Assembly: GCA_043228905.1 (NCBI GenBank)
Contig: JBHGNT010000007.1
Coordinates: forward strand, 1,860,001-1,924,000
DNA from: Azolla caroliniana
Lineage: Eukaryota; Plantae; Polypodiophyta
Direction: 5' to 3'
DNA length: 64,000 nt
Under the pieces are notes generated by a model, which searched no databases, had not been told where the DNA came from, and worked only from the letters and a program-made list of their open reading frames with translations. Made by a program: the position numbers and the translations under genes. Below, in pieces: positions 61,631 through 64,000 of the stretch; the first letter of the stretch is position 1, and each line of letters starts with the position of its first letter.

Positions 61631-62849
61631 TGCTCTGTAGGATTGTAAGATACCCAACATAAGAATCATCGTAGCCATAGTCTGCACAAGCCCAACACAG
61701 AAAGCAAATGTTGTAGATTGTATATATATACATACATATGCTCCCTGTTCTCGTTCTCAGGAGAGAAGTGTGGAGATTTTTGTTGTTCCTCGTTTTTTCA
61801 GTTGTGAGGAAGAAAGAGACGGTTGGTTATGGGTGAGAGGCTGTCATCTCTTCTTCGCTCTTTCTCCTCTTCCTTTTGTCTTCTTTTGGAGATGTGCTAA
61901 ATCCCCAAGTCCTAACACCTCCCCAGACAACAACCCCTCCATGTACATATTTTGTTGTCGGCAGTGTTGGGTAAAGATTCTAGCCCCTGCCGGAATTTTT
62001 CCTGCTTGTTATGATCCTAACCGGAATTTTAAATTTTTAACAGGCCACACTCCTACACGTGATAATGTCAACCAAAATGTGTTGAAAATTTTCTTTTCGT
62101 GCATACGAAATCAAATAAATAAAAATTGGCGCATTCCATTTACAAGAAGGGGAAACATATGTACACAATCCATGTATTCCGAATATAATAAGAAGATTAA
62201 AATACTTCGGATATATGGAAGATTATGAGGCAATAAAGGATAAAGTTTCCATTATAGATTGTCCAATCTATCAAAAAATAAAGAAGAAAGAGGAAGGCTC
62301 ACATTAGCTTACATGCACATGCAAATCCATGTATTTAAATGTGGAAGAAATTGAGGGAACAAATATATTGCAAACAATATTTTGAGGGAAAAGATCAAAA
62401 GAAACTAGTGTATATATTAAAACAAGATGACAATACAAATGCAAGATAATTATCAGTTATGGACGCTCATGATTATAATAACACTTGATATGACGGGGTA
62501 TTTGAACTCTAAACTATTCAAATGAAACATCAACCCATGGGCCATAAATAATTGAGTTTGAACTCATATGATGTAATAGAACATAAAATTGATGGAATAT
62601 AATATGTTTGGAGTTAAGACATCTGTGCAAATCGGAAAAGGAATCTTGGAGTTAAATTTACAAGTACAAAATGTTTCACCATTTAAATGATCCACGAAAG
62701 ATAAAGAAGAGTGTTAAACGACCAGGTGTGTTCATTTTCTCTTCTCCAAAGAAGGGTGAATGTGAAATAATGCAAGATAATTATCAGTTATGGACACTCA
62801 ACATACAATCAAAAAAACAATACACAATCAAAACAAACAAAATTTCAAC

Positions 62850-63460
62850 ATTGAAAAGATTTTTTATTTTTAAACAGCAATACCAAAACTCAATTTCCCA
62901 AGCATTTTTATTGATGAAGCCACGACAAGATTCAACGTGGTAATAATATATAATGTTTGTTGGTTTATTCCAAGTTTCACAAATATCATGTGGGAATATA
63001 TTTATTACATCCGTAATAAAACCATTGCTCTTTGCCACAAAAACCAAGTCTACCTTGGGAGAAGTAAATGTTTTAGAACAACTGTAACACATATCAAGTT
63101 TAAAGAATTAAACAATGGACAAGACGCTGTTTGGCCCGTGTCAATGATTACATATGGAATTCTATATGTAGCATCCAAATGCATGACTTCGTGGTCAGAA
63201 GAAGGGATAAACCCACTTTCATTGGAACTAACCATAATGAAGTAAAGTATGGGAGCATAATTGTTGGGATCTCTAAATGCCATGGCAATTATTCTCTTCA
63301 GTAAACCACTTGATTAATTTTACTGATTAACAAGATTCATAACATTTAGTTAATTGAATGCAGATATGGACATACACATGCTTGTTAACATTCTTCCATG
63401 TCCACCAAATTGTTTTTAACGTCAGCCATACGAAAGATTGCATGCACAAATCTTTAGAAC
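62850..63460 (-). pseudogene. Degenerate Mutator-like (MULE) transposase fragment
   Basis: Fragments EVMHLDATY, GFITDV and YYHV...NAW occur in the order of the MULE D, D, CxxH motifs; frameshifted. Confidence 0.45.
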
Positions 63461-64000
63461 CCTTTTCTGAGAAAGATCTAATTCTAGAAATATACAAGGG
63501 ACGATAAATAGAGTTTGGGTCACTCTAGGTTCAAAATAGTATTGAAGGGACGATGAGATAAGAGTACAACACACCAACTCTCTACATCCATTATACAAGG
63601 AATTCTAGAATAGGATAGAGATAGTGCAAAACATCAAGACTCACGAAAAAAATTATGAATGCCTGCATTTTATAGCTTTCTTTAGCAAGGCTTCTAATTG
63701 CATTAGCCTCACTACTGATGCATTTGGAAATAACTCAAACTAGGGTTGCCTTTGACGAGGTTACATCACATGAATCTGTAACCAAAACAATGTAGCTCTA
63801 TTTGAATGCATATTCTTTCTTATCCATTTGCATTCACCTTTATCTCTTACAGCTACTAACATAAAGCATTAACTCTGTAATGAATCATATAAAAGCAGCA
63901 TGGATTGCGCCAATGTTGGTATCAACCTCCATCTAATACAAGGCTTGATTTGTTGCCGTTGCTACCACCAATGGAACAACATTCAACAGTGTTGTATTCT

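Noticed and set aside
61962-62040. CAGTGTT start resembling a hAT TIR
   Set aside because: No matching right TIR or TSD was found inside the window.

Overview
Land-plant nuclear DNA (AT-rich intergenic sequence, GT-AG introns, plant gene families; a fern-like seed-free lineage is a guess). Four host genes flank a ~28 kb nest of retroelements (16.0-44.4 kb). They are a conserved plant protein of unknown function (partial, -), an HIR/SPFH gene (-), BFA1 (+) and a SINE1-like ARM-repeat KASH protein (-). The nest holds a decayed LINE, copia and gypsy remnants and solo LTRs. It also holds three members of a GC-rich LTR family with no pol. The youngest member (22046-32704) is an LTR-ORF-LTR-ORF-LTR tandem. 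It encodes an intact 1287-aa protein made of a Gag-like N-terminus and a ~1000-aa repetitive acidic tail. The two members with an internal region have a tRNA-Trp PBS and share a covarying stem-loop with a palindromic ACCGGT loop beside the PPT. All three members sit at 4-bp CpG-centred target sites. The window also has hAT and Mutator MITEs with TSDs, duplicated splice junctions in two genes, and several minisatellites. All calls were made by eye with no database searches.
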